64,000 nt of DNA from Acholeplasmataceae bacterium (GTDB lineage Bacteria > Bacillota_I > Bacilli_A > Acholeplasmatales > Acholeplasmataceae): the NCBI GenBank assembly GCA_963675245.1, contig OY775910.1:864001-928000 (forward strand), given 5' to 3'. The notes beneath the pieces are model-generated. The model was not told where the DNA came from. It saw nothing but the letters and a program-made list of their open reading frames with translations, and made no database searches. Below, piece by piece: positions 45,929-56,864 of this stretch. The translations under genes were made by a program, and so were the position numbers. Position 1 is the stretch's first letter. Each line of letters opens with the position of its first letter.

Positions 45929-48484
45929 GTGTTAAAAATTAGAGATCTGAAAATTGAAAATCAGACGCATGATATCGTTACTGATCAATTGAGACCAAGA
46001 ATTTCATATTATGTGGAAAGTGATCGAAAAGAAACAAATATCTTAAACGGACACATACAAATTGGCGATTGGTCCCTTGACACAACTGAACATGTAGCTG
46101 TCATGTATGACGGTCCCCAACTTACCCCTTATTCTTCATATACTGTTCATGTTGAAATCGAAGATGATCAAGGTAATATAGCTAAGGCGTCTAATACATT
46201 TAGCACAGGGAAGCTAGAAACACCTTGGGAAGCGAAATGGATTACTGATGGAGAGTACACATTTAAAGGTCAAAAGAAATCACCTAAAACAATGACCTTT
46301 AAAAAAGTTTTTACAAGTGATAAAAAAATCAAAAGTGCAAAAGTGTATGCTACTGCACTTGGTATATATGAATTAAATTTAAACGGAAAAAAAGTCGGGA
46401 ATGATTATTTTGCACCGGGTTTTACTGCGTATAAACATCACCTTCAATATCAAGTTTATGATATTACGAGTGACATAAAGTCGTCTAATGAGTTAACCGC
46501 CATAGTTGGTGGAGGATGGGCCGTTGGACCATTTACGTATGTCAGACGAACAAGGGTATTTGCAAAGAAACAAGCATTTCTTTGTGAGATAAGAATAACA
46601 TATACAGATGGTAGTACAGAAGTTATTAGTACAGATTCATCATGGGATGTTACACTAGATGGAAATTACGTTGAAACTGAATTTTATGATGGCGAAGTAT
46701 ATGATGCGACAATAGATATCTCAAAGATTAATTTTCACAAAGCTAGTTTAGCTAAAGTCTCAATAAAACCAGACATCACTGCAACGTATGGCGCAATGGT
46801 TAAACACATGGAAACATTGAAACCAATTGGTCATCATAAATCCAATCAAGGAACATTAATCTATGATTTTGGTCAAAATTTTGCAGGTGTAATTTCAATC
46901 AAAATTAATGCTAAAAAAGGACAAAGAATTGTTTTCAGACACGCAGAAATATTAATGAATGGTGAATTATATACAGAACCACTCAGAAGTGCAAAACAAG
47001 AAATTGTGTATATCGCAAAAGAGGGCGAACAAGTTTATTCACCCCGTATGACATTCATGGGATTCAGATTTGTGAGTGTTGAAGGTATCGCATCTGAAGA
47101 TTTAGAAATAACGGGATTAGTGTTATATTCAGATATTGAAACCACTGGTCAGTTTGAGTGTTCTAATTCCGATTTAAATCAACTTCAAAGAAATATTACT
47201 TGGAGTGCAAAGTCTAATTTCATTGATATTCCAATGGATTGTCCACAACGTGATGAACGCATGGGTTGGACAGGTGATATTGGGTTATTCGCATCAACAG
47301 CTGCATATAACTTTGATATGAGTCGGTTTTTGGAAAAATGGCTCATTGACGTCAAAGTCGAACAAAGACGCGGTGGTGGCATTCCAGTGATAGTACCGCT
47401 AGTCCGAGTACCACTACAATATGAGATTGCCTTACCAATGGCAGTTGATCATTGGGGTGACGCGTGTGTGTTAGTACCGTGGGCTGAATACTTAACACGT
47501 GGTGATATTAGTTTATTAGAAACCATGTATCCAGTCATGAAGAAATATATAAAAGCATGTCAGTTCTGGGCAGGGTTATTCTCATTTGGAAAACACCGTA
47601 AAATTTGGAAACTAGGTCATCATTATGGTGATTGGGTCGCACCCAACTCAGGTTTAATGGAGTGGATGAGTCGTGGTAAATGGACCGGAACAGCAAGTTT
47701 ATCAAACACTAGTAACATTGTGTCTAAAATTGCTCAGATATTAAATAAAACAGAAGATGTTGCATATTATAAGAAGCTTAGTGAAGATACAGCTGTTGCA
47801 TATCGAGACATATTGATGAATGATGATTGTTCAATCAAAAAAGAGTTTCAAACAGGATATGTCTTACCGCTTCATTATAAAATGCTTAACGATCAAGATC
47901 GATTTAAAGCAGCGGATCATTTGGCGGATATCATTCGCGAAAATGATTATAAAATCGCAACCGGATTTCCAGGTACGCCTTATGTCTTATTCGCTTTAGC
48001 AGATAATGGTCATTTAGAAGATGCGTATAAGATGCTTTTAAATGATGAAGCACCTTCTTGGTTATTTATGTTAAGAGCAGGTGCAACCACCATTTGGGAA
48101 AAATGGGATGCACTAAAAGAAAATGGTACAAGCAATACTGGTGAAGGTGATGGTTTGAAATGTATGGTATCGTTCAATCATTATGCGAACGGTGCTGTTG
48201 GAGATTTCTTCTATAAAAGAATCGCAGGTATTGAACCATTAGAGGGTGGATATAAATCCTTTAGTGTTAACCCAAGACTTGGTGGTAATCTGACATATGC
48301 TAAAGCTTCAGTAATGTCAGCATATGGCAAAATCGAAAGTCATTGGGAAATTAAAGATAATAACTTTACAATAAATGTTACTGTTCCTGTTGGATCAACG
48401 TGCTATTTGCAATTACCGAATGGAGAGAAACATGAATTGTTGAATGGTACTTACACATATGCACAAGATTTGAGAGAAAGGTAA
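45929..48484 (+). CDS. GH78 alpha-L-rhamnosidase
   Basis: ATALGIYE, YDFGQNFAG, DCPQRDERMGWTGD, GATTIWEKWD and SFNHYA; GTG start with AGGAG RBS. Confidence 0.9.
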   Translation: MLKIRDLKIENQTHDIVTDQLRPRISYYVESDRKETNILNGHIQIGDWSLDTTEHVAVMYDGPQLTPYSSYTVHVEIEDDQGNIAKASNTFSTGKLETPWEAKWITDGEYTFKGQKKSPKTMTFKKVFTSDKKIKSAKVYATALGIYELNLNGKKVGNDYFAPGFTAYKHHLQYQVYDITSDIKSSNELTAIVGGGWAVGPFTYVRRTRVFAKKQAFLCEIRITYTDGSTEVISTDSSWDVTLDGNYVETEFYDGEVYDATIDISKINFHKASLAKVSIKPDITATYGAMVKHMETLKPIGHHKSNQGTLIYDFGQNFAGVISIKINAKKGQRIVFRHAEILMNGELYTEPLRSAKQEIVYIAKEGEQVYSPRMTFMGFRFVSVEGIASEDLEITGLVLYSDIETTGQFECSNSDLNQLQRNITWSAKSNFIDIPMDCPQRDERMGWTGDIGLFASTAAYNFDMSRFLEKWLIDVKVEQRRGGGIPVIVPLVRVPLQYEIALPMAVDHWGDACVLVPWAEYLTRGDISLLETMYPVMKKYIKACQFWAGLFSFGKHRKIWKLGHHYGDWVAPNSGLMEWMSRGKWTGTASLSNTSNIVSKIAQILNKTEDVAYYKKLSEDTAVAYRDILMNDDCSIKKEFQTGYVLPLHYKMLNDQDRFKAADHLADIIRENDYKIATGFPGTPYVLFALADNGHLEDAYKMLLNDEAPSWLFMLRAGATTIWEKWDALKENGTSNTGEGDGLKCMVSFNHYANGAVGDFFYKRIAGIEPLEGGYKSFSVNPRLGGNLTYAKASVMSAYGKIESHWEIKDNNFTINVTVPVGSTCYLQLPNGEKHELLNGTYTYAQDLRER

Positions 48485-48492
48485 CAAGAGCA

Positions 48493-50064
48493 ATGAAATT
48501 TCTGAACATGTTTAAAAACCCATTATTTAAAACAAAGATTAAAACAGCAAAAGTAAACAAAAAGGAAATGATCATAGGTTATTTCTTAGCACCATTCCTT
48601 GCATTAATGTCAAATGCCATCTTTGGATCTTACTTAAATCGTTATTTCTCTGATGTTATTGGGTGGACAGATGCAACCAGATTTGGTGTGTTCTCGGCGT
48701 TATTACCAATGTTATCTGTCATTTTAGTTATCGCTGGAAATGTATTTATTGGAAGATTGATTGATAAAACAAAAACACCAGCAGGTAAAGCAAGACCGTA
48801 TTTAATTCTTGCAGCTCCACTATTAGTTATTACAATGGCATTGTTGTTCTCTAATCCAATCAACAGTAGTCCTGTTATTCAAATGATTTGGATTGCCATT
48901 TCGTATAACTTATATTATGCATTAGCTTATCCAATTTATTATGCGTCTCATAGTGCGATGGTTGGTTTATCTACGAGAGATTCAAATAAACGTGGCTTAT
49001 TATCAACTATGTCAAATGCATCAGCAGTAGCTGCTGTAGGTATTGGCGCAAGCATGATTGTTCCATTCTTTATGATGAGTTTCTTGTTTGCTGAAACAAA
49101 TGGCGTATTAGATGTTCAACAAAGTTATGCTAACTGGCGTATCTTAATGATTATTCTTTGTGGTGTCACTTTCTTAGCAACATTGTTAGAATATTTCTTC
49201 ACAAGAGAAAGAATCACAGAAGAAGTTACTCATGAAGAACATTTAAGTGCACCAAAAATTTCAACTAAAGAACAGATTAAAGCATGTGTAACAAATAAAT
49301 ATTGGTGGATTATCATTCTTTATTTCCTACTGTTTCAATTAGGTGGACTAGTGAAGAATGGGTCTATGGTTTACTATAGCAGATGGATGTTTGATACAGT
49401 AACCGATGAAGCTAGTGCTGGACAAGTGATGGCTTTAATAGGCTTAATAGGAGGTATACCAACCGCAATTGGCATGTTACTCGCTTGGCCATTAGCAAAT
49501 AAACTTGGTAAGAAAAATGCAATCTTTCTAGGTTTGATTATTTCAGTTATCGGTGGCGCGGTAAGCTTCATAAATGTTCATAGCGTCTTAATGGTAAGTA
49601 TTGGTATTGTTTTAAAAGGTATAGGTTCCATTCCTGCGATGTATGTCACATTAGCATTATTGTCTGATGTACTTGATCACATGGAAGCTAAAAATAGGTT
49701 TAGAAGTGATGGATTCACAATGGCAATATACGGATCGATCATGGTAGGTTTATTAGGACTAGGCAACGGATTAATTAATGCACTATTAAGTGTCACTGGT
49801 TATGACCCGCTCGCTTCAACACAGTCGGGTGGTGTACAAACAGTATTGGTCATCTGTTTCTTAGGACTTGAATTGGCATTATATGCAGTCATTGTTGTAT
49901 TATTCCAATTCATGAATGTAGAAAAACATATTAAAGAAGATCAAGAGACGATTAAAGAGTATCAAAAACAGAAGGTTCTTGCAGCTGGAGGAGAGTGGAT
50001 TGATCCAGAAGAAAGATTAAGGATGGAGCAAGAAGCGGACGAAAGCGAGTTGAAAAAAACTTAA
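48493..50064 (+). CDS. MFS glycoside-pentoside-hexuronide (GPH/MelB-like) transporter
   Basis: About 12 TM segments, GRLIDKTKTPAGKARPY and FTRERI. Confidence 0.88.
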   Translation: MKFLNMFKNPLFKTKIKTAKVNKKEMIIGYFLAPFLALMSNAIFGSYLNRYFSDVIGWTDATRFGVFSALLPMLSVILVIAGNVFIGRLIDKTKTPAGKARPYLILAAPLLVITMALLFSNPINSSPVIQMIWIAISYNLYYALAYPIYYASHSAMVGLSTRDSNKRGLLSTMSNASAVAAVGIGASMIVPFFMMSFLFAETNGVLDVQQSYANWRILMIILCGVTFLATLLEYFFTRERITEEVTHEEHLSAPKISTKEQIKACVTNKYWWIIILYFLLFQLGGLVKNGSMVYYSRWMFDTVTDEASAGQVMALIGLIGGIPTAIGMLLAWPLANKLGKKNAIFLGLIISVIGGAVSFINVHSVLMVSIGIVLKGIGSIPAMYVTLALLSDVLDHMEAKNRFRSDGFTMAIYGSIMVGLLGLGNGLINALLSVTGYDPLASTQSGGVQTVLVICFLGLELALYAVIVVLFQFMNVEKHIKEDQETIKEYQKQKVLAAGGEWIDPEERLRMEQEADESELKKT

Positions 50065-50167
50065 TTCCATCTTATTAAGAAAGGTTTAATGATTTTTTAG
50101 AAAAGTCTCTTGAGAGTAGTAAATAAAAATGAGTAAAATAAAAAAATATATAGAAGGAGTAAACAAA

Positions 50168-53100
50168 ATGAAAGTAAGAATCAAAAAGAACAGTTTTAGT
50201 TTAGTTAGACACATGCTGGTTTTGACTTTGACACTTTTCATAGCAATATCAGCAGGTTCACTTGCTTTTGCTGCTAACAACGGGATTGCTATCCCTACGT
50301 ATGATACATTAGAAGAAGCACAAGCAGCAGCAGCAGAGTTGAACATTGAACTCACTGGTGAAGGTTCAGTATTATTAAAGAACCAAAGTGATGCATTACC
50401 TCTTAGCAAATCAAGTGAAGGTGTTACAGTATTTGGTTATGCAGCTGCTTCATTGCAAGGTGGTAGTGGTGAATTAGTCGCTGAACTTGCAGATGCTGGA
50501 TTCACAGTCAATCCAACATTGATTCTAGAAGAAGATGCATTAACAGCAACTATTGATACAGCATATGATGATGTTGGCGTCGTCGTTCTAAGACGTGGTG
50601 GTGGTGAAGGTCAAGACCTTTCTGTAGCTACTGACGAACTTGCAGATGATGCAAACGAAAACGTTAATGGATGGACACATGAACGCTTAGCGCAAAATTC
50701 TGCTGGAGAAGACTTAAAACATTACTTAATGTTAACAAGTGCAGAAATCGCGATGATTGAACAAGCTAAAGCAAAAACTGCTAAAGTTGTTGTTCTCTTG
50801 AACACATCTACTCCGCTTGAAATGTACAACCTTGAACACGATGCTGGTGTTGATGCTATCATGTTTATTGGGCGTCCTGGTGCAAACGGACTTAAAGCTG
50901 TTCCTAAGCTATTAAGTGGTGAAATCAATCCATCAGGTAAAACCGTTGATGAATGGTACAAAGATTTTTCAATGGATCCAACTTGGTACAACTCAATTGC
51001 TAATGTTCAAAATGATGCTGGCAGTAATTCATACATCTTATCAGATGGTAGTCAAGCTAGTTCAATTGGTTTACATGGCGTTGACTATTCAGAAGACATC
51101 TATATGGGATATAGATATTATGAAACAGTCTATGCAGAAATACTGGCTGGAAACCTCAGTTTTGATGGAGCTGACTTAAGCGAAGCAGCACCTCTTGATG
51201 CACAAGCAGAAGCAGATCTATGGTATGCAGATAATGTCGTTTATCCATTCGGATATGGTCTATCTTATTCAACATTTGATATCAGCATATTATCAATTTC
51301 TGAAAGTTCACTTGATGCAGCTGACATTAGTTCATCAGTATTTGATCCAGCTAATATTAAATCAATCTCATTAATCGTTGAAGTAACAAATACTGGCGAT
51401 GTAGCTGGTAAAGAAGTAGTAGAAATCTATGCACAAGCTCCTTATACAGCTGGTGAAATTGAAAAAGCTTCTGTTAATTTAGTTGCATATGCAAAGACAG
51501 ATCTTCTTCAACCTGGTAAATCTCAAAAATTATTAATTGAAGTTCAATTACAAGATTTCGCATCTTATGATTATAATGATGCAAACAGTAATGGATTCAA
51601 AGGTTTTGAATTAGAAGGTGGCGTGTATACGTTATTTGCTTCAAACACATCACATTGTGTTGCTGCAACTGAACAAGTATCATTAACAATCGTTGGTGAT
51701 GCATTACTTGGATTAGATGACTTCACGGATAATGAAATTATGAATTTATTCTCAGTAGAAAACGGTAGAAACTATTCACTTCGCAGAAATGATGGCGATT
51801 TTGATGGTGATGGCGTTTATGGTGATATTATGTTCTCAGATGAACAAGTATTACTTTCTAGAGCAGCTTTAGTTTCAACATTCCCACAAGCTCCAGTCAC
51901 AACAGTTGATGGTATTCCTGTTTCAGCATTCACAGAATTTGACAATACTGTATCTTATGCAATCGATGATATCGTTAAAGTTACCATCGTACAATCAGGC
52001 TTCACAGGCACAGGTAGTGTGACTTATTATAAATTTATTGCTGCTCATGCACCTGGTGAATTCAATCTTGCAGAAGTTGAAACATTATCAGGCATTTACA
52101 GCGGTGGATTAGTTGTTACACAAGAATTTGCTGATTTAATGGATTATTATGCAAAATTCACATTAAATCTTTGGGAAACTGAATATCCATATTTTAATCC
52201 TGCAAGCTCATATGCAACAAATGATGAATTCGGATTAACAGACACTAAACAGGTCTATCAAGCTACAAAGGACAGTGCAGCTGTTCCTGAAGTAACAGTA
52301 GATGGTACTTTTGCAATTGACTCTTACCTATTATCTAATGGTACGATTTATCATGTAATCGCTGAAATACCAACTATTACTTTCAAGGATAATGGTCCTG
52401 TTGCTGATGGTATCGCAACACAAGCTTATGCAGTTGGTGACTATGTAAATTATAGTTATACTAGCTGGGGTGGTGCAAGATCAGGTAGCGTTCTAATTAC
52501 TGCACCTATCGCTGTTGGCGAAGCAATTAATACAAGAACTAATGCTCAAAACTTCTCAGCATCAATGAGACTTATTACAGATGGTGATACACCAAACGTT
52601 GCAGAAGTAAGTCAAGAAACATATATTACTACTGTTATGGAAGCAACTTTAACGGCAACTGAAAATACAGGTGAATATGTCTATTCAGACCAATTATTCA
52701 TCGGTAGTGAAGGTGTTAATGGCTATGATGGTAATGTAGACGGTTTATATGATGTTGATGCAGAGATGTTAGAAGGCTGGACTCAAATGGCTGATGCAGA
52801 TGCACAATTAGCAGCAAGAGAAGCGGCTGGCGATGATTGGATTTATTACAATGATCTTAATGGCATTCTCTTCAATGATGAAAACATGATCATGTCTGGT
52901 AAACTTGCTGGTATGACTGGTGTAGAAGCTTGGACGAAGTTCATGAACCAATGGACATGGAATGACTTCTATACAGCTAATTGGAGCGGCGGAGCTAATG
53001 GTAATGCAGTTGAAAACCTAGGCATTCCTAGTGGTGGTATTGCTGACTCACCAACAAACTGGAATGGCACATATACATGGTGTGACAACGCAACAATCGG

Positions 53101-54520
53101 TGCAACTTGGAATGTTGAATTAGGTTATGAACAAGGTTCAGTTACAGCTTCAATGGGTCTATTAAAGAATAAAGATCAAAACATTAATAAAGACCAATGG
53201 CTCAACCCAGCAATTAACTTCCATCGTACACCATTCTCAGGTCGTAACAATGAATATTATGGACAAGATGGTTTCCATGCTGGCTATCTAGCTATATTTG
53301 TTGTTCAAGGTATTCAAGATCGTGGTGTTGGTAGTCATATTAAACATATGTTATTAAATGACCAAGAAACAAACCGTAACTCTGGTGACTTATTCGCATG
53401 GGTATCAGAACAAGCATTACGTGAAATCTACTTAGTTCCTTGGCAAAAAGCTATTCAAGAAGGTGGCGCAGAAGGTGCAATGTCTGCATTCGCACGTATC
53501 GGTTCAGTTCCTACACCTGTCAGTTATAATATGGTCGAAGAACTTGTCCGTACACAATGGGGAGCACCTAATTTCATGTTCCATCCTGACTTCTATAGAG
53601 CAGAATCAAATGTATCATCTGAAGACTTAATGTTACGTACAGGTCATAATCATGCACCTGGTGGAAACAACACAACTAATGAAGGTACTGCAGCGAATGA
53701 TACATATGCAGGTCGTTGGGATCCAGAATATGTTAATCCATTAACTGGAGAACTTGGTGGTGTTATGATTGGTAGAGACAATGAAAATACTGGTCAAGAA
53801 GCTTATTATTCTAATAACCAATGGTATGTAGTTCGCTATAGTGGAATGCTCATGATGAGCGAATATGCTAACCAAGCACATACACTAAACGGAATTATCC
53901 TTTCAGATTGGATGGGTGGACAATTTGGAATTAATGCTGCTGATTCAGTCAAACTAGATGCAAGCTTCGATGGTGCAAAAGACAAAGCAACAATCTTTGA
54001 ATATGAAATCATCGATGGTACATTACCTGCAGGTTTATCATTAGACTCATACACTGGTATGATTACTGGTACTGCAACTGAACTTGGAACTTTCACAGTA
54101 ACAGTTCAAGGTGTATTTGATCGTTGGATTAAAGGTGAAGCAGACTTTACAATCGTCGTTGGACATGGTTCAATCGTGTCACAAGTAATTAATGACGCAG
54201 GTGAATTAGTGCTTACATTCTCAGATGGTGAAGATGTTAATCTTGGTGTTGTTGTCGGTGCAGATGGTGCAGATGGTGCTGATGGTGCTGTAGGTCCTCA
54301 AGGTCCTGCTGGTGCTGATGGTGCTGACGGTGCTGTAGGTCCTCAAGGTCCTGCTGGTGCTGATGGAGCTGACGGTGTTGATGGACAAGATTATGTCCCA
54401 GAAGATACTGGTTGCGGTAGTGTAATTAACGTAGCAAGCACAGTTATCATGATGACATCAGTAATTGCTTTTGCAGTATTAGCATTATTACGTAAAAAAG
54501 CCACACAATTCAATAAATAA
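50168..54520 (+). CDS. Secreted, C-terminally anchored, circularly permuted GH3 glycosidase with Ig domain and collagen-like linker
   Basis: Signal peptide; domain order EGSVLLKN / NPSGK / YPFGYGLSY / GKEVVEIY, then HRTPFSGRNNEYY, KH..NDQE and EQALREIYL; LPAGLSLD..TG.ITG; (GXY)15; TM plus RKK. AGGAG RBS favours ATG 50168. Confidence 0.85.
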   Translation: MKVRIKKNSFSLVRHMLVLTLTLFIAISAGSLAFAANNGIAIPTYDTLEEAQAAAAELNIELTGEGSVLLKNQSDALPLSKSSEGVTVFGYAAASLQGGSGELVAELADAGFTVNPTLILEEDALTATIDTAYDDVGVVVLRRGGGEGQDLSVATDELADDANENVNGWTHERLAQNSAGEDLKHYLMLTSAEIAMIEQAKAKTAKVVVLLNTSTPLEMYNLEHDAGVDAIMFIGRPGANGLKAVPKLLSGEINPSGKTVDEWYKDFSMDPTWYNSIANVQNDAGSNSYILSDGSQASSIGLHGVDYSEDIYMGYRYYETVYAEILAGNLSFDGADLSEAAPLDAQAEADLWYADNVVYPFGYGLSYSTFDISILSISESSLDAADISSSVFDPANIKSISLIVEVTNTGDVAGKEVVEIYAQAPYTAGEIEKASVNLVAYAKTDLLQPGKSQKLLIEVQLQDFASYDYNDANSNGFKGFELEGGVYTLFASNTSHCVAATEQVSLTIVGDALLGLDDFTDNEIMNLFSVENGRNYSLRRNDGDFDGDGVYGDIMFSDEQVLLSRAALVSTFPQAPVTTVDGIPVSAFTEFDNTVSYAIDDIVKVTIVQSGFTGTGSVTYYKFIAAHAPGEFNLAEVETLSGIYSGGLVVTQEFADLMDYYAKFTLNLWETEYPYFNPASSYATNDEFGLTDTKQVYQATKDSAAVPEVTVDGTFAIDSYLLSNGTIYHVIAEIPTITFKDNGPVADGIATQAYAVGDYVNYSYTSWGGARSGSVLITAPIAVGEAINTRTNAQNFSASMRLITDGDTPNVAEVSQETYITTVMEATLTATENTGEYVYSDQLFIGSEGVNGYDGNVDGLYDVDAEMLEGWTQMADADAQLAAREAAGDDWIYYNDLNGILFNDENMIMSGKLAGMTGVEAWTKFMNQWTWNDFYTANWSGGANGNAVENLGIPSGGIADSPTNWNGTYTWCDNATIGATWNVELGYEQGSVTASMGLLKNKDQNINKDQWLNPAINFHRTPFSGRNNEYYGQDGFHAGYLAIFVVQGIQDRGVGSHIKHMLLNDQETNRNSGDLFAWVSEQALREIYLVPWQKAIQEGGAEGAMSAFARIGSVPTPVSYNMVEELVRTQWGAPNFMFHPDFYRAESNVSSEDLMLRTGHNHAPGGNNTTNEGTAANDTYAGRWDPEYVNPLTGELGGVMIGRDNENTGQEAYYSNNQWYVVRYSGMLMMSEYANQAHTLNGIILSDWMGGQFGINAADSVKLDASFDGAKDKATIFEYEIIDGTLPAGLSLDSYTGMITGTATELGTFTVTVQGVFDRWIKGEADFTIVVGHGSIVSQVINDAGELVLTFSDGEDVNLGVVVGADGADGADGAVGPQGPAGADGADGAVGPQGPAGADGADGVDGQDYVPEDTGCGSVINVASTVIMMTSVIAFAVLALLRKKATQFNK
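54257..54391 (+). repeat. Collagen-like Gly-X-Y repeat (15 triplets) containing a 45-nt near-perfect tandem repeat
   Basis: GAD GAD GAD GAV GPQ GPA GAD GAD GAV GPQ GPA GAD GAD GVD GQD. Confidence 0.9.
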
Positions 54521-54583
54521 AATTATTTATAGCATGATAATATTTACAGATTAGATTAAATAGTAAATAACTATTAAAATGGA

Positions 54584-54642
54584 TATGTTCGGGATATTCT
54601 TTGGTATGCGATTATCGCAAGTCAAGAGAATATCCCGACATA
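54584..54642 (+). other. Long intergenic stem-loop without a U-tract (putative mRNA processing/stability element)
   Basis: TATGT(T)CGGGATATTCT...AGAATATCCCGACATA with an inner TGCGA/TCGCA stem. Confidence 0.55.
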
Positions 54643-54672
54643 ACCTTATATTAAGAAATAAAGGAGTTAGCC

Positions 54673-56814
54673 ATGAAAAAGAAAATATATTTCTTTATAA
54701 AGCTACTTTCGCTATCGTTGTTATCATTAAGTGTTCTTTATTCATGTGTTGGCGGTACAACAGAAACGGATAGACTAGACGTTTCTACCGTTTATTTTCA
54801 TGATAATTATCAAGACATTTATGAAAAGTTAGTCGTAGAAGCTGGAGAAACAATTACACTTCCTGATGATCCGTCACGCGTTGGATACACATTTGAAGGA
54901 TGGATGTTGAGTGCAGATCCCGATGCTACTGATGCTTTTGATCATTTGCAAGCGATCAACGAAGATATAACAGTATATGCAAAGTGGAGCAGAGATAATA
55001 CCGTTAGCCTTGTCACCTTAAAGTTTTTAAATTACAGTACTGCAGATGAAATTTTGGCAGTCACAAAAGGTTCAGTATTTGCTGAACCAGACACACCAAT
55101 TTACGATGAAAATGAAATGTATGCATTTGTGGATTGGTATACGGATAAAGATTTAACAGAGGTTTATGACTTCAGTTTGGAAGTCAATGATGACCTCGTT
55201 TTGTATGCTGGATGGGTTCAACAAAAAGCATATTTAAAATTAGACTATAACTTTACAGCATCTCCAGATCCTACGATTATTATTGTAAATATTGGTGAAA
55301 CTGTAAGTCAAATAGAAACGCCAACCAGAGATCAATATGCGTTTGGCGATTGGTACTCAGAAAGAATAGGTGGCTTGCCTTTTGATTTAAATACACCTAT
55401 TGATTCTGATTTAACGATTTATGCACATTGGAGTAGAAGTGCATATATCGTAGCATTTAACATTAATTCTGGTCAACTTGAAGATGGCACACAGTTAAGT
55501 TATGAAATTGCAAACAATGCATCTGCTGAAACAGAAGCAGCATTAATTGAAGATGCGTTATCTTTAGTTGGACACGACTTTGCAGGATGGTACTTAATTG
55601 AAATAGATCCAGATTCAGAAGATCCATTACCTGAAGATTACTTAGCTGATTTAACAAGCATTAATGATGATATGGTTTTATACGCAGCATGGACACTTAG
55701 TGAATATCAAATTGATTTTGATTATAACTATGAAGGTGCACCAGAACAACCTGACAGTCAACTTGTTAAATACAGTAAATTTATCCAAGCACCTACAATA
55801 GATGATCGAGAAGGATATCTATTTGGAGGTTGGTTTACTGAGCCTGAAGGCACTAATCAGTTTACACTAGATGATACGCCTGTTACGGGTGATATCACAT
55901 TATATGCGAAGTGGATTGATGAATCTACTCAATTTGATGATGTTACAGTTACATATATTTATAATTTAGGTACTGGTGATGTACAATATAGTACGCTTGA
56001 TGTCGCATATAATGGAACAGTTGGTACAAATGGACCTCAAAATCCAGAAATAGAAGATTATATGTTTGCTGGATGGTTCCGTGATAGTCAATTCTCGACT
56101 AGATTTAGCAACAGTTTGAACTTAACTGATGACATAACTGTTTATGCTAAGATGCTTAAAAAATACACATTTGAAGCAGAAGCAACTGACCTTACAGATA
56201 AGATTGGACAAGGAACTTCAACAAACTCTTTTGAAGAAGAATTGATCATGGACTATACTTTTGTAGGAGATGGTAGTAATACAGGAGAATCAACTGTAAG
56301 CAATGGGTTCTTTGTAAGAGAACTTTACTATTATGGTGCGTATTTAGATTTTGTCATTGATGCTGAAGCTGACGAAACAGACGCTGTTTTATATCTTCGT
56401 GTTTCCAGCGAATCATATGTATTCTTTGGCGCAAAGGCTAAAGAAGAGGGCGGAGAACTTTACAATTACTTGTCAGATACTGAATTCAAAATCATCGTAA
56501 ATGGTGAATGGTCTGGCGATGAACCATTAACGTGGTTAGAATATGGTGGTATTTACTTACCTATGGCTAACACTATAGAACCTGGAGATGTAGATGGTCA
56601 TAAAACACCATTTGAAGATGTTTTCATTATTGATGGTTTAACACTTAATGAAGGTTTAAACTTTATCACATTATATGTTAGCAATAATAACAACCATGGT
56701 GGTACTTTCCACGCAGAAGCGCCAGTCATCGACTGTATTTATATTTACTCATCTGTCGAGTTGACAATGCAAGATTATGAATTCTATTTACTAGATGGCG
56801 TTAAGACTGGATAA
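54673..56814 (+). CDS. Lipoprotein with six InlB B-repeats and a C-terminal CBM6/35-like beta-sandwich
   Basis: Lipobox LYSC; six repeats ending YA(K/G/H/A)W or YAKM; TFEAE-initiated C-terminal domain. Confidence 0.7.
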   Translation: MKKKIYFFIKLLSLSLLSLSVLYSCVGGTTETDRLDVSTVYFHDNYQDIYEKLVVEAGETITLPDDPSRVGYTFEGWMLSADPDATDAFDHLQAINEDITVYAKWSRDNTVSLVTLKFLNYSTADEILAVTKGSVFAEPDTPIYDENEMYAFVDWYTDKDLTEVYDFSLEVNDDLVLYAGWVQQKAYLKLDYNFTASPDPTIIIVNIGETVSQIETPTRDQYAFGDWYSERIGGLPFDLNTPIDSDLTIYAHWSRSAYIVAFNINSGQLEDGTQLSYEIANNASAETEAALIEDALSLVGHDFAGWYLIEIDPDSEDPLPEDYLADLTSINDDMVLYAAWTLSEYQIDFDYNYEGAPEQPDSQLVKYSKFIQAPTIDDREGYLFGGWFTEPEGTNQFTLDDTPVTGDITLYAKWIDESTQFDDVTVTYIYNLGTGDVQYSTLDVAYNGTVGTNGPQNPEIEDYMFAGWFRDSQFSTRFSNSLNLTDDITVYAKMLKKYTFEAEATDLTDKIGQGTSTNSFEEELIMDYTFVGDGSNTGESTVSNGFFVRELYYYGAYLDFVIDAEADETDAVLYLRVSSESYVFFGAKAKEEGGELYNYLSDTEFKIIVNGEWSGDEPLTWLEYGGIYLPMANTIEPGDVDGHKTPFEDVFIIDGLTLNEGLNFITLYVSNNNNHGGTFHAEAPVIDCIYIYSSVELTMQDYEFYLLDGVKTG

Positions 56815-56864
56815 TAAGTAATTAAAATGTATAACGTTATGAGTAAATGTAAAGGAGAAAAAGT

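Noticed and set aside
54257..54391. Short tandem repeats as a CRISPR array
   Set aside because: They are in-frame Gly-X-Y codons with no unique spacers and no cas genes.
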